From assembly GCA_942490665.1 (NCBI GenBank), contig CALNXV010000001.1:3661-67660 (forward strand): a stretch of 64,000 nt of DNA, in the 5' to 3' direction. The notes beneath the pieces are model-generated. The model did no database searches, had not been told where the DNA came from, and saw nothing but the letters and a program-made list of their open reading frames with translations. A program made the translations under genes and the position numbers. Numbering within the stretch: position 1 is the first letter of the stretch; each line of letters begins with the position of its first letter. Source of the DNA: an uncultured Microthrixaceae bacterium. Its GTDB lineage: Bacteria > Actinomycetota > Acidimicrobiia > Acidimicrobiales > Microtrichaceae. Below, one piece after another: positions 50,859 through 60,928 of the stretch.

Positions 50859-53800
50859 GTGACCATGATGTCGGCTCTCAGGGGTGGGCGCCCCGGGATC
50901 GGGCAGCGCAGGATCCTGTCGGCGTTGCTGCGCCAGCGACGCCGCTTGGCGCTCGCAACGGTCGCTGTCGCGTTGAGCGTCGGGTACATCGCCGGCGCGC
51001 TGACCCTGTTGGACCGGGTGTCCGAGGGGCTCGATGACCTCGCTGCAGCGGGAGCCGAGCGGGCGGACCTGATCGTCGAGGGCGACGTCGCCTACGAGTC
51101 CGCCCTCGAGCAGACCCGGCGGTTGGTGCCGGGCTCCGTCGCGCCCGTCGTTGCGGAGGTCGACGGGGTCGCCGCTGCGATCCCCAGGATCGAAGAGGTC
51201 GCGATCCTGCTCGCTGCCGACGGCGAGCCGGTCGTGACGCCCGGGCTCTCCGAGCAGCCGCTCGGGACCAACTGGCCCGACGACGAGGAGCTCTCCCCCT
51301 ACCGCTTCGTCGGCGAGGGCCGGCCCCCGGAGGGCGCCGGCGAGGTGGTGATCGACGAGCGCTCGGCTCGTGACGCCGGCGTCGAGGTGGGAGACACGCT
51401 GCGCGTGGTCGGGGTGAGTGCGGAGCCGTTCGAGGTCGTCGGCATCGTCACCACCGAGGCGGGCCCCCTGCCGGCGGGATCGTCGCTCGCGCTGTTCGAC
51501 ACCGCGACCGCCCGCGAGCTCTTCGACGTCCCCGACAACGACAACCGGGTCGCCATCCGTCTGGAACCGGGAGCGGACGCGGAGCAGGTCGCGGCCGAGA
51601 TCGCAGCGCTGTTGCCCACTGGCGCTCAGGTCGTCGACGGCGAGACCGGCGCCGAGCACCGCCAGGAGGGCCTGACGCGCGGGTTCACGCTGATCCGGTG
51701 GCTGATCATCGGCTTCGCCGCGCTGGCGCTGGTGGTCGGCATGGTGACGGTCGCGAACTCGCTCACGCTGCTCTACGCCCAGCGGCGCCGAACCTTCGCG
51801 GGGTTCCGGTTGCTCGGTGCACGGCGACGCCAACTCGTCAGTGCCGCGTTGGTCGAGGCGGCACTGCTCGCCGCGCTCGCGTCGCTCATCGGCGCGCCGC
51901 TCGGGGTGGTGCTCGGTCGGCTCATCGAAGGAGCGCTCGGCAACCTCGGGACCGCGGTGCCCGTCGCCGGTCCGGTCGTGTCGCTCTCCGCGCTCGGGTG
52001 GGCAGCGCTGATCGGGGTGGGCGCCACGGTCTTCGCCGCCGTCGTCCCCGCGGTCCGCGCCTGTCGGGTGCCGCCGGTCGAGGCGGTCGCCGAGGTCGCG
52101 GCCGACGCCGGCGAGTCGTTCGCGGTGCGGCTGCTCAACACGACGCTCATGGCGGGTGGCGCCGCGGCGCTGCTCGCCGGGCTGCTCGTGCTCGCCGATG
52201 TGTCGCTCGCGATCGCGCTCGGGATCGCCCTCGCGGTGGTGCTCGTGTGGTTGGTGGTGCGGCTGCTGCCGTGGGGACTCGCCGTCGCGGTCGCCGGGGG
52301 CATCCGACTCGTGCCCGGCGGAGCCCCCGCGTTGCGGCGCATCGGCGCCCGTGACGCCGTGCGCAACCGCAGCCGGACGGCTGCGACCACCGGCGCCCTG
52401 CTGCTCGCGACCGCCGTGGTCGCAGGCCTGGCAGCGTTCCTGTCGTCGTTCGCGGCCTCGATCGACGGCGACGTCGGACGTCTCGTCCGTGCCGACCTGG
52501 TCGTGGACTCGGAGACCTTCACGCGTGGCGGGCTGCCCGAGGCGCTCCTCGAGGACCTGGCCGAGGCCCCCGAGGTGGACGCGGTCAGCGGCTGGCAGGT
52601 CGGGCGGGGCTGGATCGCGGCGCGGCCGGTACGTATGAGCGGCATCGACGGTGCAGCACTCGACGAGGTGCTCTCGCCCGGATGGGTCGGCGCCGCGCCC
52701 GACGCCCTGGGGCCGACCGGCGTGCTCATCGAACGCGGCGTCGCGGAGGAGCTCGGCATCACTGCGGGCGCGACGGTGCCCGTCGAGTTCACCAGCCTCG
52801 GCGTGGTGCAGCTCGTCGTCGAGGGCATCTACGACTCCGGGTCGGTGCTGCTCGGCGACGTGGTGCTCGACCGCTCGGTGTTGATCGACCAGGTCCCGCT
52901 CTCGTTCGACATCGCTGCCCTCGTCACCCTGAGCGGTGGCGACGACGACGGTGCCGCAGGACGGGCGGCGGTCGAGGAGCTCGCTGCGGAGTACGGGGTG
53001 ACCGCCGTGCTCGACCCGGTCGACTTCGTCGACGCCCGCGGCGAGCTGCTCCGCGGCTTCGAGCGCGTGGTGCAGTGGATGCTGCTGTTCACGCTGCTGC
53101 AGGCGTTGGTCGGCGTCGTGAACACGCTGCTGTTGTCGGTGGGGGAGCGTCGGCGCGAGTTCGGGCTGCTGCGAGCGGCCGGCGCGACGCGCCGACAGCT
53201 GCATCGGCTGGTGCTCGCCGAGGGCGTGTCCTTCGCGACGGACGGGACCGTGCTCGGGATCGTCGCCGGCGTGGCCCTCGCCGGGGCATCGATCGCAGCG
53301 CTCGGTCGATTCGGCATCTCAGGTCTGCAGGTGCCGATCCCCGTACTGGTGCTCACGGCCGTGGCGGCGATCGGGCTGGGGGTCTCCGCAGCGGTCCTGC
53401 CGGCACGTGTTGCATCCGCGGTGGCGCCGCTCGCAGCGCTCGCCGACACGGGCGACCGTCCGGCGACCCGGACTCGACCGCGTGCGGTGACCGAGACAGC
53501 GGCACCGGCACCGGCCCCGGCACCGGCCCCGACGACCGGGGCGGTCCTGCCCCCGCCGTTCGTGGCGCCGGTGGGCGCCGCCGGCGCTCATCCACGCGCC
53601 GCGCCGCCTGCACCGGACGCGCCCCCGGCTCCACCACCCGCACCGGACGGGACGCCGGCGGGGTCGCCCACGCCCACGTTCGCCCCGGCCGCGACGCGGC
53701 CCCCCACACCGCCACCCACGCCCGGGCCGCGCGTACCGCCCGAGCCGAAGCCGCCGATGGCCCCCGCCGTCGCGTCGGCTGCCGCCGTCCCGCCGTTCTC

Positions 53801-54677
53801 ACCAGCCTCGACCCCGCCGCCCGCCCCCACTCCCGACCCACCGGACAGCCCGCCGCAGGTCCCCGCGCCACCCACTGGGGCGCCGGCGCCGGGGCTCGTC
53901 CCACCCGTCGAGGTGTCGCCATTCGTCCGACCCGCGCAGCGGGACGCTCCGGCTCCGACCCCCGATGTCGCCCCGCCGATCAGCGAGACCCCACCGACCG
54001 GCGATCGCCCGCCCGCCGTCGCAGCTCCTGGGGGCACTGGAGCTGGTTCGCCGGATGGCTGGGACGCGCCCCCCGCCGCCGAGTCCCCGCCCGTGGTCGA
54101 GTCGCCACCGGCCGCCGAGCCCCTGCCATGGGTGCGGCCCGGCACCGATGCTGGGTCCGTCCCCCCGCCGCGCCCGAGTGCGGTGTTCGGCCGGGCTCCG
54201 GGACGTGAGCACCGCCCTCGGGCGTCCGCCGACCGAGCAGCCGCGACCTCGGGAAACCAGGCGGCGCCACCCGCCCGTCTCGCCGACCTCCTCGCACGCC
54301 TCGACGAGCGCTCGCAGGTCGACGCCGCCCGCGCCTCGGACGCCTTCGCTGCTGCGCTCGCTCCCGACGAGGTCCTCGAGGCGGTCGCCCACGGATGGGT
54401 CGGCCCGCTGTCGTGCCTGCTCGGCCGGACGAGCACCCGCCTCGTCCTGGTGGTCGATCGCTTCCCGGAGCCGCTCGTCGAGTCGCTGGTGACGGGATCG
54501 ACCTCGGTCTCGCTGTTCGGCCCCCCGGGGACCGATCACGTCTCGATCGCAGTCGTCGACGGTCGACGACTGCTCGAGATCACCGGGGTGGGCGACGTCG
54601 CCGCTGCCCGCGCCCTGGCGGCTGGCGCCCCCACCGCCACCCCTCGTGGTCGTCGGAGCCGGTCCCAGTACTTCTGA
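50859..54677 (+). CDS. double FtsX-domain ABC permease (MacB-like) fused to a long Pro-rich linker and a C-terminal PH-like domain
   Basis: One intact 1272-aa ORF. It has two MacB-type extracytoplasmic domains, each followed by FtsX helices (...[28 protein letters not shown]... and ...[27 protein letters not shown]...). About 53440-54240 is P/A/T-rich. The tail is [16 protein letters not shown]...[12 protein letters not shown]...[16 protein letters not shown]. Confidence 0.8.
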   Translation: MTMMSALRGGRPGIGQRRILSALLRQRRRLALATVAVALSVGYIAGALTLLDRVSEGLDDLAAAGAERADLIVEGDVAYESALEQTRRLVPGSVAPVVAEVDGVAAAIPRIEEVAILLAADGEPVVTPGLSEQPLGTNWPDDEELSPYRFVGEGRPPEGAGEVVIDERSARDAGVEVGDTLRVVGVSAEPFEVVGIVTTEAGPLPAGSSLALFDTATARELFDVPDNDNRVAIRLEPGADAEQVAAEIAALLPTGAQVVDGETGAEHRQEGLTRGFTLIRWLIIGFAALALVVGMVTVANSLTLLYAQRRRTFAGFRLLGARRRQLVSAALVEAALLAALASLIGAPLGVVLGRLIEGALGNLGTAVPVAGPVVSLSALGWAALIGVGATVFAAVVPAVRACRVPPVEAVAEVAADAGESFAVRLLNTTLMAGGAAALLAGLLVLADVSLAIALGIALAVVLVWLVVRLLPWGLAVAVAGGIRLVPGGAPALRRIGARDAVRNRSRTAATTGALLLATAVVAGLAAFLSSFAASIDGDVGRLVRADLVVDSETFTRGGLPEALLEDLAEAPEVDAVSGWQVGRGWIAARPVRMSGIDGAALDEVLSPGWVGAAPDALGPTGVLIERGVAEELGITAGATVPVEFTSLGVVQLVVEGIYDSGSVLLGDVVLDRSVLIDQVPLSFDIAALVTLSGGDDDGAAGRAAVEELAAEYGVTAVLDPVDFVDARGELLRGFERVVQWMLLFTLLQALVGVVNTLLLSVGERRREFGLLRAAGATRRQLHRLVLAEGVSFATDGTVLGIVAGVALAGASIAALGRFGISGLQVPIPVLVLTAVAAIGLGVSAAVLPARVASAVAPLAALADTGDRPATRTRPRAVTETAAPAPAPAPAPTTGAVLPPPFVAPVGAAGAHPRAAPPAPDAPPAPPPAPDGTPAGSPTPTFAPAATRPPTPPPTPGPRVPPEPKPPMAPAVASAAAVPPFSPASTPPPAPTPDPPDSPPQVPAPPTGAPAPGLVPPVEVSPFVRPAQRDAPAPTPDVAPPISETPPTGDRPPAVAAPGGTGAGSPDGWDAPPAAESPPVVESPPAAEPLPWVRPGTDAGSVPPPRPSAVFGRAPGREHRPRASADRAAATSGNQAAPPARLADLLARLDERSQVDAARASDAFAAALAPDEVLEAVAHGWVGPLSCLLGRTSTRLVLVVDRFPEPLVESLVTGSTSVSLFGPPGTDHVSIAVVDGRRLLEITGVGDVAAARALAAGAPTATPRGRRSRSQYF

Positions 54678-54697
54678 GGCCGAGGGCGGAGAGCGGG

Positions 54698-57600
54698 TCA
54701 GTCGGCTGCTGCGCGCACGGCGACCGCGAACCGCAGCCCGTCGGTGGCGGGGCCATCGCGGAGGCTGTCGTCGGCGATGATCTCCGATGACGTGGCCAGG
54801 ACCTGGTCGTCGATCCAGGCGCGGTGGGGTTCGACGGACTCGACCAGTTCGGAGTCGGCGCGCAGGTCCAGGTGGATCCGATCGCTGACGTGGAGCCCGG
54901 CGTCGCGCCGTGCCTGCTGAGCGATCCGCACGACGTCGCGGGCCCGTCCCTCGTCGCGCAGCTCCGGGGTGACCTCGACGTCGAGCTCGACGACGGCGTC
55001 GCTCGAACGCAACGGTGCGGCCACCCGGCCCTCGCGGGGCTCCAGCGAGAGCGTGAACTCACCCGCGGCGAGCAGCTCCCCGGAGGCGTTCACCCCGCCG
55101 TCGTCCGTGGGGAACCACTCGCCGGCGCGCGCCGCTCGCAGCACGTCCTGCACTGCCTTGCCCAGTCGTGGTCCCAGGACCTTGGGGTCCGGACGCAGCT
55201 GCAGGCGCCCGACCTCGGCGGCATCGGCGAGCAGCTCGACGTGCTTGACGTTCACCTCGTCGCGGATGAGTCCCGCCAGGTCCTCCATGCCGGCGCTGTC
55301 GGGGCCCGCGACGGTGAGTCGTGCGAGCGGGAGCCGCGCCCGGAGGCGGTGGTCCTCGCGTAGGTGCAGCGCGACCGAGCAGATCTCGCGTGCTCGGTCC
55401 ATCCGCGCGACGAGCTCGGGGTCGGCGGGCAGCTCGTCGGCGGCAGGCCAGTCGAGCAGGTGGACCGACGCCGCGCCGTCTGCACTGCTGCCGCCTGCAC
55501 TGCTGCCGTCGTCCTCGCCGGCAACGCGGAGCCCCAGGTGGATCTCCTCGGCGACGAACGGCAGCAGCGGTGCCACCAGGCGGGTGAGGGTGTCGAGCAC
55601 CGTGAACAGCGTGTCGTAGGCGTCGCGCTGGTCCGCTGGGCCCGCACCGTGGTCCGCTCCGGGCGCCCAGAACCGCTCGCGGGACCGCCGGATGTACCAG
55701 TTGTTCAGCGCGTCGAGGTATCCCTGGACCTCGGCGCACGCGCCTGCGACGTCGAATGCGTCCAACCTCGCAGTCATCTCGTCGCGCAGCGCAGCGGTCT
55801 TCGCCAGGATGTAGCGGTCGAGCAGCCCGGTCGCGTCGGTGCGCCGCCGGGCCCGGTAGCCGTCCGCGTTCGCGTACATCGTGAAGAACGCGTACGCGTT
55901 CCAGATCGGGTTGAGGACGAGCCGGACGACCTCGGTGATGTCCGATGCGTCGGTCGCGATGCGCAGATCGCCGCCACGCAGGATCGGCGAGGACATCAGG
56001 TACCAGCGCAGCGCATCGGCGCCGTGTGATTCGAAGACCGCTTCGGGGTCCGGGTAGTTGCGGAGCTTCTTGGAGAGCTTGCGGCCCTCGTGGTCCAGCA
56101 CCACGCCGTGACAGATGACGTTCGAGAACGCCGGGCGGTCGAACAGCGCTCCCGACAGGACGTGCATCGTGTAGAACCAGCCGCGCGTCTGGGCGATGTA
56201 CTCGACGATGAAGTCGGCGGGGGAGTGTTCGTCGAACCACTCGCGGTGCTCGAAGGGGTAGTGGCGCTGCGCGAACGGCATGGCACCGGACTCGAACCAG
56301 CAGTCGAACACCTCGGGCACGCGTCGCATCGTGGCCCCGCCCGTCGGGTCGTCGGGGTTCGGGCGGGTGAGGTCGTCGACGAACGGGCGGTGCAGATCGG
56401 TTGGGCGGACGCCGAAGTCACGCTCGATCTCGTCGAGGGACCCGTACACGTCGGTGCGCGGATACTCCGGGTCGTCGCTGCGCCACACGGGGATCGGCGA
56501 TCCCCAGAAGCGGTTCCGCGAGATCGACCAGTCGCGGGCACCCTCGAGCCACTTGCCGAACTGGCCGTCGCGCACGTGGGCGGGGATCCAGTTGATCTGC
56601 TGGTTCAGCTCGACGAGACGTTCGCGGATCGCGGTGACCTCGACGTACCAGGACGAGACGGCCTTGTAGATGATCGGGGTGTCGGTCCGCCAGCAGTGCG
56701 GGTAGTTGTGGTCGTAGGTCTCGTGGCGGACCACGACGTTGCGCTGCTTGAGGTCCGAGATGATGGTGGGGTTCGCCTCGAAGACGTTCGTCCCGGCGTA
56801 GTCGGTGACCTCGCCGGTGAACCGGCCGGCGTCGTCGACGGGGCAGACCAGCACGATGCCCGCTGCCTCGCAGACCCGCTGGTCGTCCTCGCCGAAGCCG
56901 GGTGCCATGTGCACGATGCCGGTGCCGTCGTCGTCGGTGACGAAACCGTCGACGAGGACCCGGAAGCTGTCGGGATGCTCGGCGAAGAACTCGAACAGCG
57001 GGCGGTAGCGGACCCCGGCGAGCGCGCTGCCGGGCAGGGTCGCGACCACCTCGTGGTCCGGACCGAGCTCGGCGGCGTAGGCCTCGAGCCGGTTCGCGCC
57101 CAGCACGACGCGACGCCCGGCTCGCGGGCCGGTGCGCACCTCGACGACCAGGTACTCCACGTCGGGTCCGACGGCGAGGGCGAGGTTCGACGGCAGCGTC
57201 CACGGCGTCGTCGTCCACGCCCAGAACTCCGCGCCGTCGGCACCCTGCAGCGCGTCGGGCAGCTCGGCCGCCTCCGCGCCGGCGGCCTCGACGCTGAACG
57301 CCACCGTGAGTGCGGGGTCCTGGCGGGGACGGGTCGCGTCGTCGAGGCGGATCTCGAAGTTCGACAGCGGCGTCTCCGCTCCCCACGAGTACGGCATGAC
57401 CCGGTACGCCTCGTAGATCAGGCCGTGGTCCCACAGTTCGCGGAACGCCCAGATCACCGACTCCATGTAGTCGAGGTCCATCGTCTTGTAGTCGTCGTGG
57501 AAGTCGACCCAGCGGGCCTGGCGGGTGACGTAGCGCTCCCACTCGCCGGTGTAGCGCAGCACCGACGAGCGGCACGCGTCGTTGAACGCTGCGATGCCGA

Positions 57601-57976
57601 AGTCGGTGATGCCGACTCGCCCGGAGACGCCGAGCTCCTGCTCGGTGGCCATCTCGGCGGGCAGACCGTGGCAGTCCCAGCCGAACCGGCGATCGACGCG
57701 GTGGCCGCGCATGGTCTGGTAGCGGGGCACGACGTCCTTGACGTAGCCCGTCAGCAGGTGGCCGTAGTGCGGCAGGCCATTCGCGAACGGGGGGCCGTCG
57801 TAGAAGACGAACTCGTCGTCCGCTGGCCGCTGCTCGACGGAGCGCTCGAAGGTGCGCTGGGACTCCCAGCGATCCAGGATCCGCCGCTCGATCGCCGGGA
57901 AGTCGGCCCGCGTCGGGACCTCGGGGTAGGGGCGGTCCGCTGCGTCAGATGAGTTCGCAGGTGTTGCCGAGGACAT
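54698..57976 (-). CDS. ileS: isoleucyl-tRNA synthetase (long, type 2-like)
   Basis: Intact 1092 aa with PPFANGLPHYGHLL (HIGH) and KLSKKLRN (KMSKS). Confidence 0.95.
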   Translation of the reverse strand: MSSATPANSSDAADRPYPEVPTRADFPAIERRILDRWESQRTFERSVEQRPADDEFVFYDGPPFANGLPHYGHLLTGYVKDVVPRYQTMRGHRVDRRFGWDCHGLPAEMATEQELGVSGRVGITDFGIAAFNDACRSSVLRYTGEWERYVTRQARWVDFHDDYKTMDLDYMESVIWAFRELWDHGLIYEAYRVMPYSWGAETPLSNFEIRLDDATRPRQDPALTVAFSVEAAGAEAAELPDALQGADGAEFWAWTTTPWTLPSNLALAVGPDVEYLVVEVRTGPRAGRRVVLGANRLEAYAAELGPDHEVVATLPGSALAGVRYRPLFEFFAEHPDSFRVLVDGFVTDDDGTGIVHMAPGFGEDDQRVCEAAGIVLVCPVDDAGRFTGEVTDYAGTNVFEANPTIISDLKQRNVVVRHETYDHNYPHCWRTDTPIIYKAVSSWYVEVTAIRERLVELNQQINWIPAHVRDGQFGKWLEGARDWSISRNRFWGSPIPVWRSDDPEYPRTDVYGSLDEIERDFGVRPTDLHRPFVDDLTRPNPDDPTGGATMRRVPEVFDCWFESGAMPFAQRHYPFEHREWFDEHSPADFIVEYIAQTRGWFYTMHVLSGALFDRPAFSNVICHGVVLDHEGRKLSKKLRNYPDPEAVFESHGADALRWYLMSSPILRGGDLRIATDASDITEVVRLVLNPIWNAYAFFTMYANADGYRARRRTDATGLLDRYILAKTAALRDEMTARLDAFDVAGACAEVQGYLDALNNWYIRRSRERFWAPGADHGAGPADQRDAYDTLFTVLDTLTRLVAPLLPFVAEEIHLGLRVAGEDDGSSAGGSSADGAASVHLLDWPAADELPADPELVARMDRAREICSVALHLREDHRLRARLPLARLTVAGPDSAGMEDLAGLIRDEVNVKHVELLADAAEVGRLQLRPDPKVLGPRLGKAVQDVLRAARAGEWFPTDDGGVNASGELLAAGEFTLSLEPREGRVAAPLRSSDAVVELDVEVTPELRDEGRARDVVRIAQQARRDAGLHVSDRIHLDLRADSELVESVEPHRAWIDDQVLATSSEIIADDSLRDGPATDGLRFAVAVRAAAD

Positions 57977-58075
57977 CGTGGGACTCCGGAACGCAGTCGG
58001 GTCGGTCGATCCTAGCGGCGCGGCGTCATCGCTCCGAAGTGGGTTCGCAGTCGCGCGCCGGCCGTTGATCGCCGC

Positions 58076-58241
58076 TCACTCCAGCTCGATGTCCCAGCGG
58101 TCGAGGCAGTCCTCGCAGCGGTAGGCCACGATGTCGCCCGGCGCGAACCCTCCCGGCTCGTCCTCGTCCGGCTGCGGGTAGGAGAGCAGGTGGCAGACCC
58201 CGCCGCAGTCGACGCAGGTGATCTTCGGCGGCGCCTCCATC
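58076..58241 (-). pseudogene. small zinc-ribbon protein ORF interrupted by one extra C in a C5 run
   Basis: With four Cs at 58197-58201 the - strand would read MEAPPKITCVDCGGVCHLLSYPQPDEDEPGGFAPGDIVAYRCEDCLDRWDIELE(stop). As given, the ATG frame and the C-terminal frame differ by 1 nt. Confidence 0.45.
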
Positions 58242-58245
58242 GCGA

Positions 58246-59874
58246 TCAGCCTCCCACGGCCGTGGTGGACGGCGCAGCGGTGGTCGTCGGGAGCGTGGAG
58301 GTCACCCGATCCAGGTCCTCCTGGTCGATCTCGCTGCGCGGCGGTTCGTCGACCTCCTCGGAGAGCGCAGCGCCGTCGGTCTCGGCTGCGTCGGGGCGGA
58401 TGAGCCGACGGTCGAGCTCGAAGTCGCCACCGGCGCCGAGCAGCTCGATCTGATCGACCGCAACCAGGCGCTCGTCGACGAAGCGCAGCAGCTGGAAGCG
58501 GTAGGGGGCCTCCTCGTCCACGAGCAGGTCGCCCACGCCCGTCGCTCCGGAGGATCCGACGATGGCGACGACCGTGCCGTCGACGACCTCCAGGCGGGTC
58601 TCGTGGAGGTGCCCGGCCGCCGCTGCCGGGATCTGGCCGAGCACGGGCCGCAACTGCACGGGGTTGTGCACGAGCACCAGGTCCGGGTCCTCGCTTCGGA
58701 CCAGTTCCTCGGTGGTGTCGAACTGGTCCCGGTACTGGCGATCGAGCGTCTCGCGCGGGATCCGGCGCAGCGCGGTGACGGTCGGATCCGGGATCCCGAG
58801 GACCCGGAGCCCGGCGATGTCGACCGCCTCGTCGTCGAGCGAGATCACGTCGGGCGACTCGGCGAGGCGCCGCCTGACCGACTCGCTGTCGTGGTTCCCT
58901 GCGACGAGGTAGTAGGGGACCTGGAACCCCGCGAGCTCGTCGACGAAGCGAGCCTCGGGTTCGAACCCGAACGACGTGATGTCGCCGGTGTCGACCACGG
59001 CGTCGACGTCGAAGCTGCGCGCCAGGTCACGGGCGAGCGACAGCCCGACGGCGTTGAGGTGCAGGTCCGAGACGTGCAGGAGCACGACCTCACCGTCGGA
59101 TCGGTCGATCTCGTCGGTGATGGCGGCCGAGTAGAGCCCCGCGATGCGCTCGGAGAGCACCTGGGTCCGGGACTGCACCGAACCGAACGGCGTCTCCAGG
59201 CTGCCGACCCGCGCGACGAGGTCCTCGATCGACCCCAGCTGGCCGGTGAGCTGCGGGGCGTCCTCGAAGGCCTGCTGGTCGAAGCCGATCGCCGCCGGGA
59301 GGACCAGCACCCCCACCGCGGCCACACCGATGCCGGCACCAGCGAGCACCCGTCCCGGGCTGCGTCGCGCCGGGAAGGCGAGCGCCGCGATCGCGCCGCA
59401 CGCTGCCGCGGTGCCACCGAGGACCAGCGCCAGGCGGGCCAACGCCGCACCGAGATCGTCGCTCACCGCTGCCTCGATGACCGGCAGCGGATCGCTCGCC
59501 GAGACGACGTCGGGGCGCAGCGCCGGGTCCATCGCTCCGAGCACGTCGAGCTCGCGCAGCTCGATGCCGAGGCGGACCGGCGCGCGGTGGGTGGGGGCGC
59601 TGATGGCCCCCAGCGGCGGGAGCGAGAGCTCGGTCCCGCCGCTGGGCGCGGGTCGGATCGACGCCTCGATCGTGCCGGGCCCGAGCCGCACCGTCGGCCC
59701 GAACAGCAACGGAGTGAGCGCAAGCGTCACCGCCACGACCCAGAGCGCGAAGGCCACCGGGGAACGCCGCAGCCGCTGCCAGACCTGCCCGACCCGTTCC
59801 CGGCGGCGGGGGGCTGCAGGCGCTTCGGCTGCGTCCTGGTCGACCGCGCCCGGGCCTGCTGCGTCGTCGGTCAC
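58246..59874 (-). CDS. membrane-anchored metallophosphoesterase
   Basis: Intact 542 aa with VLLHVSDLHLN, VVDTGDITS, LVAGNHDS and AAGHLHE. The GTG start overlaps the upstream NUDIX stop. Confidence 0.85.
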   Translation of the reverse strand: MTDDAAGPGAVDQDAAEAPAAPRRRERVGQVWQRLRRSPVAFALWVVAVTLALTPLLFGPTVRLGPGTIEASIRPAPSGGTELSLPPLGAISAPTHRAPVRLGIELRELDVLGAMDPALRPDVVSASDPLPVIEAAVSDDLGAALARLALVLGGTAAACGAIAALAFPARRSPGRVLAGAGIGVAAVGVLVLPAAIGFDQQAFEDAPQLTGQLGSIEDLVARVGSLETPFGSVQSRTQVLSERIAGLYSAAITDEIDRSDGEVVLLHVSDLHLNAVGLSLARDLARSFDVDAVVDTGDITSFGFEPEARFVDELAGFQVPYYLVAGNHDSESVRRRLAESPDVISLDDEAVDIAGLRVLGIPDPTVTALRRIPRETLDRQYRDQFDTTEELVRSEDPDLVLVHNPVQLRPVLGQIPAAAAGHLHETRLEVVDGTVVAIVGSSGATGVGDLLVDEEAPYRFQLLRFVDERLVAVDQIELLGAGGDFELDRRLIRPDAAETDGAALSEEVDEPPRSEIDQEDLDRVTSTLPTTTAAPSTTAVGG

Positions 59875-60620
59875 GGAGATCGCTCGTAGGTCCAGCGCGT
59901 TCCCATGACCAAGCGGTGCCGGGCGCCGGTGGCAGTCGCGTCGCCGGTCTCGTAGCCGGCGTCACCGTGGTAGAGCGCCACGATCGCGTCGTCGAGCGAC
60001 GCCACGCGTGTCGCGAAGTGCTCGACCTCCTGGCCGCGGCCGACGCCGTCGCTGAGTCGCGCGGTCGAGTCGAGCGCCGACAGCTGCGTCAGCGTGATGA
60101 ACGTCGGCGGGGAGAGCGACACGGAGCCGTCGGCGTGCAGCTCGAGCACGTCGCCGGGCTGTTGCCATCGGTGCTCGCGGATCTCGGAGCCGTCGACGCG
60201 CACGGGGTGGTCGTCGTGGACCGCGGTCACGAAGAACGCCGTGCTGAACCGCCGGGGCGCCTCGGGCGGCGGTGTCCAATGCGACCAGCGGTGCAGCGCC
60301 GACGGCTCGAGGCGCAGCCCGGCCTCTTCGGCGGCCTCGCGCACCGCGGCGCGCCGGGCTGCACGCTCGAGCTCGGCGTGGGCGTCGTCGTGGCCCTGCT
60401 GCTCGTGGCGGTGGTCGTCGTGGTCGGCGGGGTCGATCCGGCCGCCGGGGAACACCCACGCGCCGCCGGCGAAGGCCAGGTCCCGGTCCCGGCGCAGCAT
60501 CAGGACCTCCACGCCGTCGGTCCGGTCGCGCGCCACCACGACGGTCGCTGCGGGGATCGCACCGGGGTCCCAGAGCGGACCGCCGGGCGAGCCCGGCCGG
60601 GGTGTCGCGGTCGTGCCCAC
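59871..60620 (-). CDS. NUDIX hydrolase with a His/Asp-rich insertion in the Nudix box
   Basis: WVFPGGRIDPADHDDHRHEQQGHDDAHAELERAARRAAVREAAEEAGL. Confidence 0.75.
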   Translation of the reverse strand: MGTTATPRPGSPGGPLWDPGAIPAATVVVARDRTDGVEVLMLRRDRDLAFAGGAWVFPGGRIDPADHDDHRHEQQGHDDAHAELERAARRAAVREAAEEAGLRLEPSALHRWSHWTPPPEAPRRFSTAFFVTAVHDDHPVRVDGSEIREHRWQQPGDVLELHADGSVSLSPPTFITLTQLSALDSTARLSDGVGRGQEVEHFATRVASLDDAIVALYHGDAGYETGDATATGARHRLVMGTRWTYERSP

Positions 60621-60750
60621 GGTGTCGACGCTACCCGGCGTGGGCGCCGAGCACGCGGGGGCGTCCGAGCGTGGATCGGGGTCCGATCGGAGCCCGGACC
60701 GCCACGCAGGGTCGTCCTACCGCTACGTACAGCGAGTTCTCGGGATACTG

Positions 60751-60779
60751 TTGCGTCGCTGTAGTTACTCGGCTGTAAT
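60751..60779 (+). promoter_or_regulatory. candidate sigma-70-type promoter of nrdAB
   Basis: TTGCGT (60751-60756), a 17-nt spacer, then TGTAAT (60774-60779), in the only AT-richer stretch of the leader. Confidence 0.4.
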
Positions 60780-60789
60780 TACACGCTCG

Positions 60790-60805
60790 ACACCAGATGT
60801 GGGGG
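60790..60805 (+). promoter_or_regulatory. NrdR-box-like operator 1
   Basis: ACACCAGATGTGGGGG, compared with the NrdR box as I recall it (acaCwAtATaTwGtgt). It starts 11 nt after the putative -10. Confidence 0.55.
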
Positions 60806-60821
60806 CCGACGGGGCCGAGGA

Positions 60822-60837
60822 CCCCCAGATGTGGTGG
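60822..60837 (+). promoter_or_regulatory. NrdR-box-like operator 2
   Basis: CCCCCAGATGTGGTGG shares the core CCAGATGTGG with box 1, exactly 32 nt downstream. Confidence 0.55.
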
Positions 60838-60928
60838 TCGTCGGTCCGCGGTGCGGGTCGGTGGCCGGTCGGCCAACACGCAACAGCAACACGAACGACA
60901 GCACGGGACAGGGAACGGGGAGAACACG

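Noticed and set aside
50781-53204. 807-aa - strand ORF (and similar ones at 15808-17700, 48597-50399 and 56090-57952)
   Set aside because: All are antisense to strongly supported genes (FtsX permease, glyQS, M50, ileS), so I treat them as high-GC artefacts.
53440-54240. Pro/Ala-rich stretch as a separate gene or nucleotide-level repeat array
   Set aside because: It is continuous in frame with the permease and the C-terminal domain. I saw only short PAPAPA-type runs, not long exact nucleotide repeats.
57977-58075. Possible T-box leader upstream of ileS, as known for some actinobacterial ileS genes
   Set aside because: The ~100-nt leader shows no T-box sequence (no GGTGGTACCGCG-like element) and no obvious specifier or antiterminator arrangement. 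It is also largely bounded by the small zinc-ribbon ORF.
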